A stretch of 64,000 nucleotides of DNA, from IMG/VR virus record IMGVR_UViG_3300025870_000011, positions 5,780 to 69,779 of that record; one strand, 5' to 3'. Origin of the DNA: a virus. The notes beneath the pieces were generated by a model. It did not search any database. It worked only from the letters and a program-made list of their open reading frames with translations, and was not told where the DNA came from. Made by a program: the position numbers and the translations under genes. This document shows, piece after piece, positions 17,061-26,103 of this stretch. Positions within the stretch are counted from its first letter, which is position 1. Each line of letters starts with the position of its first letter.

Positions 17061-19511
17061 ATGGAAGATCGTGATGACGCTTTGGATTTTATTTACAAGG
17101 GCTTTAGGGATGGCCGTCAAAATCGACGTGATTTTAGACGACAAAGAGGAATTGATCGATTACGATCTACGCTCGCACCAACATTAGAACCTCATCAACG
17201 AAGCGGCTACATACAACCTCAACAAGAGATGGCTTCATCACCTCCTGCACAAGAACAACCAACTACATTTGGGGATGATATAACAACCCCTGATGATGAA
17301 TCAACGCCTCAAAATGAGGCAGCACCAGTTCAAGAAGCGGTTGCATCTCCGCCAACGCTTAGTCCTCAAGAACTCCAAGAACAATTTGCGAATTTAGGCG
17401 TTCCAGGCCACAACCCCGAAGGGGGTTCAAATGCAGACCGACACGATTATGTCAATGATGGATTTCCAACACAAACTCCAGACATTACTCAAAACGTTCC
17501 CGAAGCAGCACCAGTTCAACCCCAAACACCCGAAAGAAATTTAGGAACTCGCGCAGAGGGAGATGATCCATTTCCAACAAATTATAACGACCTATCTGAT
17601 GAGCAAAGGAGCAGAATAGTTGAAGATATGAGTCGCAGACATCAAGACTTCAATTTGGGAACTGAACAATATAAGCAAGCCGTAATAGATGGAGTCATCA
17701 CTCAGGAAGAAGCAGACGAAAAAATTCAAGAGTACAGAAAAAGGGTATTTCGAGAGGTTCCAGAAGAACATCACCCACAGACTCAGACATCAGAACAAAT
17801 TGCTGAACCGTCTGATGAACAACGGGCTGTTCAAGAAGCAACTCAAAGTGAAGAACCCTTTAAACCTCCGACAAGAGAAGAAACTGAACACAGCAACGCA
17901 TTTGAAGAGGCATATCCATTGATGTTCGATGATACATCGGAAGTTACTCAAGGCGTACATCGAGGCATAGATGAAGGATGGAACGAGTTCAATAGACTTG
18001 GCGAAGAGTTAGAAAGCGAAGAAGCGCAGCCAACTCCTGAGCAAACGCCTCCTAAAGAGCCAACAAAGGAAAAAGCAACTACTGAGGGAAAGAAGCGAGT
18101 AACAAAATTGGCAGATAAGTTGAATGCACAAGTTGGCCGATCTATGGGCAATTCAAAACCAACTCCAAAAGAAGAATCAAAGGTTCCAAAATTAGGATCG
18201 AGTCCTAAAGGTGAGGATGTTTTGAGTGTCATTGAGATGGTTCGAGATGGCGACGCAAATGCTAAATCAGAATTGTATAACGCTCTTGGTGATTTAGAAG
18301 ATAATGATTCACCTCATTATGATGATGCTTTAGAAGCGATCAGCGATTTCAATAATTCATCATCGAATGAAAAAAAAAAAGTAAATAGCGATTCTAAGGA
18401 TAGAAAAACGCAAGATCTCAAAACAACGATTAAGCGCAAACCTAAATCTGATGAATTCACACGTTCTTTGGTAAAGGCATTACCAATGAAAGACCTTAAT
18501 TTGTTACAAGCAGCATTAAGTCTGTCAAAACCTGCTTATGGAAATGATGGTTTTAGTCCTGTTTTGGTGGATCAATTAGGCCGAATTACAAATATCAAAA
18601 ACGTAAATCATCCACATACTGCAATGATGCAAATTGCTGAAAATCCCGACACACATTTCCCAATGGATCCCGCATTGTCATTCCCAACTTACAATGTCGG
18701 CAAGATAAATCCAAATGCAAAACCCATATATGAAGGACAAAATTATTCAATAGATAATATCGACAACCTAAATCAATACTACCAGGAAGGAAAAAGAAGA
18801 AGTAAAAAGCCCGATATGGAAGTGGCTCTACAAAGCGATGATTTTTCAATTCTTGATGGTGGCAAACCAAGATCATTAACCAGTAAAGATCGAAAAGAGA
18901 TTATAGCCTCGCTGCCACGTAGAGCAAGACAACCCAAACTTCCAAAATTAGAATACGGATCTCCATTCTTTGATCCATCAGGAAACGCTTATGGTGGAAC
19001 ATGGCAACTGCCAATTTTACAGGGAGGAAAATCTCATAGTGGAGTAATGCCTCATGACATTTTAGGCATGAGAACCATAGGAGGGGGAAACTACACTGAA
19101 AAATACGGGAACTTTAGTAATATCCAATTCCCCAGTTCCGAAGGTTACAAAGAAGTAGGTAGCATACACCCAAGTGAATTCCGTAAATTGATTCGTAATG
19201 TTCACAAAGACAAAAATAAAACCAAAGATGGCAGAGTTCGCATAGGAGAATCTCTATATGATCTGGATCATTTGAAACGTCTTGCAGGAGGAATGGATGA
19301 TGACATTGCTTCTGAAAAATTAAAGTTTACTCAAATGGCAGCAGAAGATACCAAAGCATATGATGGAGAGGCGGCAGGACCTATCAACATAAGAGGAAGA
19401 GGATTTGAACAGTATCAAGCAGAACCAAGTTTCTTTGATTTTATGCAAGCCCCTGAGTTTGAAGATACTAACCCAACTGAATGGACGAGTATGAATGATT
19501 TGTTTGAGTAG
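17061..19511 (+). CDS. large acidic, Pro/Glu/Gln-rich protein
   Basis: ATG at 17061 after AGGTGA, preferred over the ORF-track start at 16848; N-terminal LDFIYK|G. Confidence 0.65.
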   Translation: MEDRDDALDFIYKGFRDGRQNRRDFRRQRGIDRLRSTLAPTLEPHQRSGYIQPQQEMASSPPAQEQPTTFGDDITTPDDESTPQNEAAPVQEAVASPPTLSPQELQEQFANLGVPGHNPEGGSNADRHDYVNDGFPTQTPDITQNVPEAAPVQPQTPERNLGTRAEGDDPFPTNYNDLSDEQRSRIVEDMSRRHQDFNLGTEQYKQAVIDGVITQEEADEKIQEYRKRVFREVPEEHHPQTQTSEQIAEPSDEQRAVQEATQSEEPFKPPTREETEHSNAFEEAYPLMFDDTSEVTQGVHRGIDEGWNEFNRLGEELESEEAQPTPEQTPPKEPTKEKATTEGKKRVTKLADKLNAQVGRSMGNSKPTPKEESKVPKLGSSPKGEDVLSVIEMVRDGDANAKSELYNALGDLEDNDSPHYDDALEAISDFNNSSSNEKKKVNSDSKDRKTQDLKTTIKRKPKSDEFTRSLVKALPMKDLNLLQAALSLSKPAYGNDGFSPVLVDQLGRITNIKNVNHPHTAMMQIAENPDTHFPMDPALSFPTYNVGKINPNAKPIYEGQNYSIDNIDNLNQYYQEGKRRSKKPDMEVALQSDDFSILDGGKPRSLTSKDRKEIIASLPRRARQPKLPKLEYGSPFFDPSGNAYGGTWQLPILQGGKSHSGVMPHDILGMRTIGGGNYTEKYGNFSNIQFPSSEGYKEVGSIHPSEFRKLIRNVHKDKNKTKDGRVRIGESLYDLDHLKRLAGGMDDDIASEKLKFTQMAAEDTKAYDGEAAGPINIRGRGFEQYQAEPSFFDFMQAPEFEDTNPTEWTSMNDLFE

Positions 19512-19519
19512 GTGTAATT

Positions 19520-20956
19520 ATGTCTGATATGCTTAATCAATTATCTGCGAATGTCGATTACGAAATGGGTCGAAAGGATTTCAAGTATTTTTTTGAAGAA
19601 ATATGTGGGAAGTACGATAAAAAGAACCCCTGGATTTTGACAAAGTTTCATCAGGAGTGGTTCGATCTTTCAGAAAACACAAGCAAAACCTGTATTATTG
19701 CGAGCCGTGATCATGGGAAGTCTGTATTTTATCGTGTGTATTTGCTGTGGAAAATGGCCTACAATCCTGGTACAGAAGTTCTTTTCTTTTCACACAGTCA
19801 GCACCAATCCATCGAACACATGGGGAAAATGAATGAGTTGATCGAGTCAATACCTGCGTTACAACACCTCAAACCAAAGCGAGGATGGGCTAAACAAAAA
19901 TTCAAGTTTACTAACAAATCATCAATATCGGCTATGTCGGTTGGCAAGGCTGTGCGTGGAGCGCACCCTGATATTGTTGTTCTTGACGATATTCTTTCGA
20001 GTGAAGCCCAAACGCAACTAAAACATATATCTTCATGGTTTTACACGGCATTATTGCCTGTTCTTCACCACACAGCGCAGTTGTGTATTGTTGGAACTCC
20101 TTTTTCTTATACGGATCTGTACGCTGAATTGAAGAAGTTGAAATCTTATGCGGTTCGAGAATATCCTGCGATCAATGAACAGACAGGAGAGCCACTATTC
20201 CCTGAGCGTTGGTCATTAGAAGCATTAAACAATCGTCGTAATGATATGACTTCAATTGCATTTACACGTGAGTATCTCTGCAAACCAATTGCCAGTGAAG
20301 CAAGCCTATTTCCAGAAGAAGTTCTTGAACGAGTCAAGGACGAAGAACTATCTTTGTCCTATTATCCTCATGACGGTGAGGAATACAATTACTACATTGG
20401 GTGGGACCCTGCAATTTCAGCAGATCGTAGAGCCGACTATACTTGCATGATGGTAATTGCAGTAGATAAAGATCGGAATAAGCACATCATTCATACTCAT
20501 CATGAAAAAGGAATGGATTTTTCATCACAAATCGACAAGATTATTGAATTGAATGCACGTTTTAATCCAGTAATTATCGAACTTGAAACAAATAACTTCG
20601 CAATAGCATTCAATCAAGTTCTAAACGAGATTAGCGATTTACCAATAAAACCATTCAATATGAGCCGATTGAAGAAAGAGGCTTTAATTCATACCCTTCA
20701 ACTACAATTTGAACAGGGGAAGTTATCAATACCCTACAAAGACGAAGGAGGAACGCGTAGATTGATGAATACTTTATTGACTGAACTCTCCACGTTCACC
20801 ATGTTGGATAATGGTCGAATGGAAAGTCTCGGAGGTCATGACGATATGGTGATGTCTCTTGCGCTATCTGTTCAAGCAACAAAGGAATACCGTGATAATA
20901 TAGTCATTTTGGATGCTGAGGCATGGCAAAGCAGGTTAGGGTGGGCAAATGTTTGA
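19520..20956 (+). CDS. terL: terminase large subunit
   Basis: Walker A ASRDHGKS, Walker B VVLDD, coupling motif IVGTP, RNase H-fold IGWDPA...HDDMVMS. Confidence 0.95.
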   Translation: MSDMLNQLSANVDYEMGRKDFKYFFEEICGKYDKKNPWILTKFHQEWFDLSENTSKTCIIASRDHGKSVFYRVYLLWKMAYNPGTEVLFFSHSQHQSIEHMGKMNELIESIPALQHLKPKRGWAKQKFKFTNKSSISAMSVGKAVRGAHPDIVVLDDILSSEAQTQLKHISSWFYTALLPVLHHTAQLCIVGTPFSYTDLYAELKKLKSYAVREYPAINEQTGEPLFPERWSLEALNNRRNDMTSIAFTREYLCKPIASEASLFPEEVLERVKDEELSLSYYPHDGEEYNYYIGWDPAISADRRADYTCMMVIAVDKDRNKHIIHTHHEKGMDFSSQIDKIIELNARFNPVIIELETNNFAIAFNQVLNEISDLPIKPFNMSRLKKEALIHTLQLQFEQGKLSIPYKDEGGTRRLMNTLLTELSTFTMLDNGRMESLGGHDDMVMSLALSVQATKEYRDNIVILDAEAWQSRLGWANV

Positions 20957-22328
20957 TCAACGAATAGAAGGAATTTTTGGCGTAGAATCATCGGAAGATG
21001 TTTTGAAGTTGCTTGATGAGAAGTTAATTAGTCAAAAAATAAAGTTGAATCAACAAGAAAAACAGTTGCTTGAGGCACAGAAAAAAGTATCAGGTAAATC
21101 AGGTTCAACAGAATCATTGGTTGGCGAAACAGCAACAGAAGAAGAACCTAAAGAAAAAAATTGGATGAACAGCCGTTCTTTGACTGGAAAATTTGCTGAT
21201 GTTGCTACTTTTGGTTTGACTTCAAATATGGGGAAAACTGGAAAAGAAGGCAGAGGCGGTCCACGTGAAGATGCAGGGATTGAGGGTTTTGACTCTCCCG
21301 AAATGGGTGGTGGAACACAACAACCAGGAACATCAGTAGACACGCAAATATCGCCTATTCCAGTAACTAAGACATGGTTTGTTGATAACTTTGGTATGCA
21401 AGGTAATGAGATCGTTGATTTGTTGGTAAAATCAGGAAAAGATGAATTAGTTCAAGTGATTGCGCCATTGATCGTTGAAGAACGAAAGGCTTTGCTCAAA
21501 TCATTCCCGTCTGTTTCACAAGATTTAGTTGAAACATTACCATTCAATGATTTCGATTGGAAGATGTTACAGAAAAACACACAATCATTGGAAATACCAT
21601 TCAGAAGATTTGTTAAAAGTTGGTCAGATGGAGATCAGGAAAAAGCGTATGAACTTTGGTCAAATCGAATTACAAAAGAGCAACATCTTAGCCGACCTGA
21701 ACGAAAAACATTAGAAAAAACACAGAAAATTTTAGAGCAGAATGGGAGCATGAATGCTCAATCCCTACAATCATATGGTGTTCAAGGTAATCCTACAAAG
21801 ATTGCTATGCTCATCAAATCACACGGCTTCTTATACGATATTGTTGCGTTAGGTACTGGCAAGAAAAACAATGATCAGGCCAAATATTACTCCTTGAAAA
21901 AGAACGATTTGTTTGTCAAAGACGCAGGGGCTTTGATCGGTAATTTGTTTGATGACGGAGGATCTATTGAAATAAGTCCACGCGGGACTCCAAGAATTAT
22001 CATTCCTTTCAATTCTAAAGTCCGTAAAGAATACGCCAATGCACTTAACATCGAATTGGGTGTAGCAGGTATTATTGCAGAAGGAGATGGGCTTGTTATT
22101 GAGGGCGAATTCTCAGTAACAAAAGCCATAGAGGTTTCATTACCACATCTTAGAGAGAAGCGAAGCGAGGTCGTTATTTTGAAGAAAGCACTTGAAGATG
22201 ACAAAGATGCTTTGTTTTGTTTGAACTTCTCTCATTCCAGTCCAAATAAGCAAGTTGATTTGTTGAAAAGTCGAAACATCTCACCAGAACAACTTGAAGA
22301 ATTGAAGAAGGGTGTAATAAATGGCTGA
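20949..22328 (+). CDS. protein with degenerate LAGLIDADG-like domain
   Basis: C-terminal 'AGALIGNLFDDGGSIEISPRGTPRIII...ALNIELGVAGII...LPHLREKR' resembles a LAGLIDADG fold; N-terminal GKFADVATFG motif. Confidence 0.5.
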   Translation: MFDQRIEGIFGVESSEDVLKLLDEKLISQKIKLNQQEKQLLEAQKKVSGKSGSTESLVGETATEEEPKEKNWMNSRSLTGKFADVATFGLTSNMGKTGKEGRGGPREDAGIEGFDSPEMGGGTQQPGTSVDTQISPIPVTKTWFVDNFGMQGNEIVDLLVKSGKDELVQVIAPLIVEERKALLKSFPSVSQDLVETLPFNDFDWKMLQKNTQSLEIPFRRFVKSWSDGDQEKAYELWSNRITKEQHLSRPERKTLEKTQKILEQNGSMNAQSLQSYGVQGNPTKIAMLIKSHGFLYDIVALGTGKKNNDQAKYYSLKKNDLFVKDAGALIGNLFDDGGSIEISPRGTPRIIIPFNSKVRKEYANALNIELGVAGIIAEGDGLVIEGEFSVTKAIEVSLPHLREKRSEVVILKKALEDDKDALFCLNFSHSSPNKQVDLLKSRNISPEQLEELKKGVING

Positions 22329-24120
22329 TCGAGAAAGAATGGAACGTCTTTTTTCCGCTATCGGAATCGACATGGAACGGCATTCAACGCCTATGCCCAC
22401 AATGCCTTTGTTTCAAGCAGGAATTCAAGAACCTGCATTATTGCAGGGAATCACTATACCTGCGCTTTATGCTGCTACGTTTGAATGCGTTGTTCTCCGA
22501 TCAATTCTAAATCATCTTTCTGTTGAAACATTTCGTAAAGGATTCGGATGGAAGCCGAAATTTGTAGTCAAGTGCAAAGAATGTGATGAGGTTTTTCATC
22601 AAGAAGTCGAATCATGTGCAAAATGTGGTGGTGAAGTTCGTAAGGCAGATAAATCTGAAATTGAATATGCCGAAGTATTGTTGGAAAATCAAAACAGCAT
22701 GATGCAAAGTTTTGTTGAAATTCTAAAAGAAATTGAAATGGATTTGAATGTAGTAGATGACGCATATCTTATTTTGACCAAAGAGTATTTTGTTGATCCA
22801 GATACAAAGAAAGTCATGTTCTTCCGTGTAAAAGAGATCACACGTGCAGATCCCATTTTCATGCGTATGCTTGCTGATAAAAGAGGTGTTCGAGGGGGAA
22901 GTCAATATACCAGTCTTGTCGAAAGAACATTTAGAACGAGCGATCCAAAAGATAAATGCCCAACAACAGGTATGCCAGTTGTTCCTATTCATTACATGAA
23001 CCTTGCAGGTGTTGGTAAAGGCCAAGTCTATACTGAGGGTGAAGTTATACACATAAGTAAATGGTCGCCTGGAAAGTTGTATGGCCGTAGTCCAGTAGCA
23101 AGTATGTGGAGGCAAGTGAATACTCTTATTGCTATGGATAACTATGTTTATTCGGCATATCAGAAGAAACGTATGCCACGTGGAGTTATGGTCATTAAAT
23201 CATCCAACATGGAAACCGTTGAGAGAACGGCTCGCAATATCCAAGAGCATCTTGAACGAGATCCAAATTACATCCCAACAATTGGTGTAGAAACAGAATC
23301 AGGGCGTGGAGGTCTTGAGTATGTGCGTATGATGGACACTCTTGAAGAACTACAATATATCCCGATTAAAGACGATATTAGGCAACGTATCGCCGCATTC
23401 TTTGGAGTGTCAAATGTGTTCATGAATGACGTGTCAGGAGGTGGGCTAAATAACGAAGGTATGCAAATCGTTGTGAGCAACAGGGCTGTGGCATATGCAC
23501 AGTCAATTTACAATCGAATACTATTCCCTCAAATTGCTAAGGCTTTTGAAATTACAGAATGGGAACTCGTATTGAATCCACATGAAGAAGAAGATGAAAT
23601 CATGCAACTTCGCAGAGATGAAATGGCAATTCGCAACATGATGCAAATGAAGCAAGCAGGATATGAGGCTACATTGCGAGATGGTATTGATGACAAAATA
23701 CTACACTTCGATTTCAAACAACCAGATCCCCAAGAAGTTGCGGCGGCTGAGGCTCAAGCACAGCAACAGCAAGGAGGGCAGGGGCAACCTGTTCAGAAAG
23801 GAGACTTAGAACTCGATCCAAGCATGATGTTTAAGCGAACCACGTTTGATTCCAGTAGAGGCTCAGTACCATTTGCTGATTCTTTGGCTACAACTGCTGG
23901 AACCGATTTGCCGCCTTTGAGAACTGCAAGTGAAAACACACGGCAAAGTGGTGGTTCAAGTCCTGGTATGATCCGCAGAGTCGATGGCGCACCAACAGGG
24001 GCTTCAATAAAAACGGACAAACGAGAACATAAAACTCCACAAGAGAAAGCCATAGACCATCAAATCAAAGAAACAGAAAAACGTAACGGTTTGGGCAGTT
24101 CGAGGGACAATAGTAAATAA
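22321..24120 (+). CDS. portal protein with Zn-ribbon insertion
   Basis: Follows terL. 'EVIHISKWSPGKLYGRSP', 'MPRGVMVI' and 'RQRIAAFFGVSNVFM' are HK97-family portal patterns. Insert CKEC...CAKC. Confidence 0.88.
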   Translation: MADRERMERLFSAIGIDMERHSTPMPTMPLFQAGIQEPALLQGITIPALYAATFECVVLRSILNHLSVETFRKGFGWKPKFVVKCKECDEVFHQEVESCAKCGGEVRKADKSEIEYAEVLLENQNSMMQSFVEILKEIEMDLNVVDDAYLILTKEYFVDPDTKKVMFFRVKEITRADPIFMRMLADKRGVRGGSQYTSLVERTFRTSDPKDKCPTTGMPVVPIHYMNLAGVGKGQVYTEGEVIHISKWSPGKLYGRSPVASMWRQVNTLIAMDNYVYSAYQKKRMPRGVMVIKSSNMETVERTARNIQEHLERDPNYIPTIGVETESGRGGLEYVRMMDTLEELQYIPIKDDIRQRIAAFFGVSNVFMNDVSGGGLNNEGMQIVVSNRAVAYAQSIYNRILFPQIAKAFEITEWELVLNPHEEEDEIMQLRRDEMAIRNMMQMKQAGYEATLRDGIDDKILHFDFKQPDPQEVAAAEAQAQQQQGGQGQPVQKGDLELDPSMMFKRTTFDSSRGSVPFADSLATTAGTDLPPLRTASENTRQSGGSSPGMIRRVDGAPTGASIKTDKREHKTPQEKAIDHQIKETEKRNGLGSSRDNSK

Positions 24121-24139
24121 ACAGGACGTTGTGCGAAAG

Positions 24140-24487
24140 ATGAGTCAGATGTCAGATATTATTAGTAAGATGGATCCAATGGCACGTAGAGCATTGGCTG
24201 CAACAGAAGGATTACAAAAAGCAATTGAGGCAAAAGACTCAGATGCGATAAAGGCGCATATCATGGCTGCTGAGAATGCATTGTCAATGCTAAAGTCTGA
24301 TTTAGCACTTCACGATCAACTCAACAAAGCAATGACAAGAACAAATCCTGCTGAACAATTTATGGGCGTAATACCTCAATATGATAACAATGCCTCAGAT
24401 TACAACGGCACAGAAAATGCAGTTGCTATGGGTGTTAGTCGTCATGGACGTGCTGCGGGATTCTTCACACCTCATAGGATTGTGTGA
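24140..24487 (+). CDS. hypothetical helical protein (head module)
   Basis: Contains IISK|M, GLQK|A and QLNK|A. Confidence 0.6.
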   Translation: MSQMSDIISKMDPMARRALAATEGLQKAIEAKDSDAIKAHIMAAENALSMLKSDLALHDQLNKAMTRTNPAEQFMGVIPQYDNNASDYNGTENAVAMGVSRHGRAAGFFTPHRIV

Positions 24488-24492
24488 TTATA

Positions 24493-24927
24493 ATGTGGAA
24501 AATGGATGGTTGGAAAAACCCAACTCAGCGAGCGCACATTTATGATATGTTTGTTAAGCAAGAACCCATTCCTAACACTTCTGTATCAACTGCACCTGCA
24601 AGGCAACTCCTTGATGAGATCGACGCTGATATTCAAGAATTAGCCCAAAAGTTGGGTGGAATGCATGGCATCGCTGCTCAAACACGCGGGGCTAACGTGG
24701 CAGGTGAACCAACCATTGATTTACAAAAGAACATACTCGCCCTACAAGAAAAAATCTTATCTCTAAGTCAAGATGTTTCTATGATTCGTGATGCTCACGC
24801 TCCTGTTCTTGAAACACAGAACATGGCTGTCGGACCACCAATGCAAAATGATCCAATGGGCGCATCAATGCAACAACAACCTCCAATGAACCCAATGGGC
24901 GGAGGAATGGGAGGCATGGGTGTATGA
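24493..24927 (+). CDS. coiled-coil protein with Met/Gly/Pro tail
   Basis: Heptad-like segments; MFVK|Q near the N-terminus. Confidence 0.6.
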   Translation: MWKMDGWKNPTQRAHIYDMFVKQEPIPNTSVSTAPARQLLDEIDADIQELAQKLGGMHGIAAQTRGANVAGEPTIDLQKNILALQEKILSLSQDVSMIRDAHAPVLETQNMAVGPPMQNDPMGASMQQQPPMNPMGGGMGGMGV

Positions 24928-25244
24928 GCGAAGAAGATAATCAAGAACATATTGACATCCTAAAACAAGTCATTACTGAGGTTCGTATTCTTAATCAACG
25001 AGTCCAGGCTCTCGAAGCAGAAAACAACACTCTACACAAAGCAATGAGCGATCCTGAAATGCTTATGCGAAAACAGGGATGGAAGAAATTTTCAACACCC
25101 CATGCCGATGAAACATTCGATCCATTGAATCGAACTGTTTCAGTCGATAACACTCCCTTCTCAGGAAGCGGAGATTTATTTCTTAAATCAAGAGATGAAC
25201 GACTACGTGAGTGGGAAGAAGCAGAAAAGCAGGTGAAAGCATGA
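24924..25244 (+). CDS. small coiled-coil protein
   Basis: ATGA overlap; LNQRVQALEAENNTLHK|A and LFLK|S. Confidence 0.65.
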   Translation: MSEEDNQEHIDILKQVITEVRILNQRVQALEAENNTLHKAMSDPEMLMRKQGWKKFSTPHADETFDPLNRTVSVDNTPFSGSGDLFLKSRDERLREWEEAEKQVKA

Positions 25245-26092
25245 GCATACAATGGTTTAATCCCCTCGAACAAACTCCAGAAGGCAGATTATTGAAAGAC
25301 GTAGCAACGTTGCTCAAAGAAGTCAAAAACAAGAAAAAGGCTGATCTTGACAAAGATGGCAAATTATCAGGGTATGAAAAGAAACGTGCAAAGGCAATTG
25401 AAGGATCAATGGGTTACAAGTCTGATCGGGGCGAAAGAAAATCACCTAATTTACCTACTCCAAAAGGCAATACTACTAAAATTGACAAAACAACAGAATT
25501 TCTTAGAGAGTTAGGAATTATCAAGAACGATGAGAAAAACACCGAATGTTCCGTCTGTAAGAATGTTGATTGCATGGGTGGCTGCGGGATGACTAAAGCA
25601 GACATGAACGAAAAGAACAAATACTGTAAAAAGCACTTTAATTGCAGTTATTCTGAATGTTCATCCAAACAAAAAGCACAATGCGATAGAGAGTGCGGAA
25701 AAGAACTCAAAAAATACAGTCAAGAATCAAGTGTTGAAAACCTATTCCCTAAGTTCCAAAACGTTGATGGCGGAATGCCAGTCGATGCACACGGATTTAC
25801 AACCAACGGCACATACCCTGCAACGAATGACGGACCCAAAAAATCCATTGTAAGTGAAACAGTAAAGATGCCTGCGTTTGCTAAAACCGAATATACTCCA
25901 AAGGGAAGTAGCCTACATATGCACTACAATGATGCAGGAGGTTCACGTGCTAATGGACCAAACATTGACACTATTGAGCAACGTCTTGCTTCTTTGACAA
26001 AACACGCAGGGCGAAACAATCTTGGCGTTATTGGCGAGATTGAAGGATTGCTCAAGCAGGTTAAAGACCTCATGGATAATCCTTCCAATTAA
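25241..26092 (+). CDS. modular protein with EF-hand-like DLDKDGKLSGYE and Cys-rich mini-domains
   Basis: ATG at 25241 after AGGTGA; modules separated by IIK|N, MTK|A and LKK|Y. Confidence 0.6.
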   Translation: MSIQWFNPLEQTPEGRLLKDVATLLKEVKNKKKADLDKDGKLSGYEKKRAKAIEGSMGYKSDRGERKSPNLPTPKGNTTKIDKTTEFLRELGIIKNDEKNTECSVCKNVDCMGGCGMTKADMNEKNKYCKKHFNCSYSECSSKQKAQCDRECGKELKKYSQESSVENLFPKFQNVDGGMPVDAHGFTTNGTYPATNDGPKKSIVSETVKMPAFAKTEYTPKGSSLHMHYNDAGGSRANGPNIDTIEQRLASLTKHAGRNNLGVIGEIEGLLKQVKDLMDNPSN

Positions 26093-26103
26093 GGAGGGGT
26101 TAG

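Noticed and set aside
17895-17925. AFEEAYPLMF as another copy of the tag
   Set aside because: No terminal Lys and Tyr in place of Trp; probably chance.
18370-18380. A11 run as a slippage or phase-variation site
   Set aside because: In frame (EKKK) within an intact long ORF; no evidence for an alternative product.
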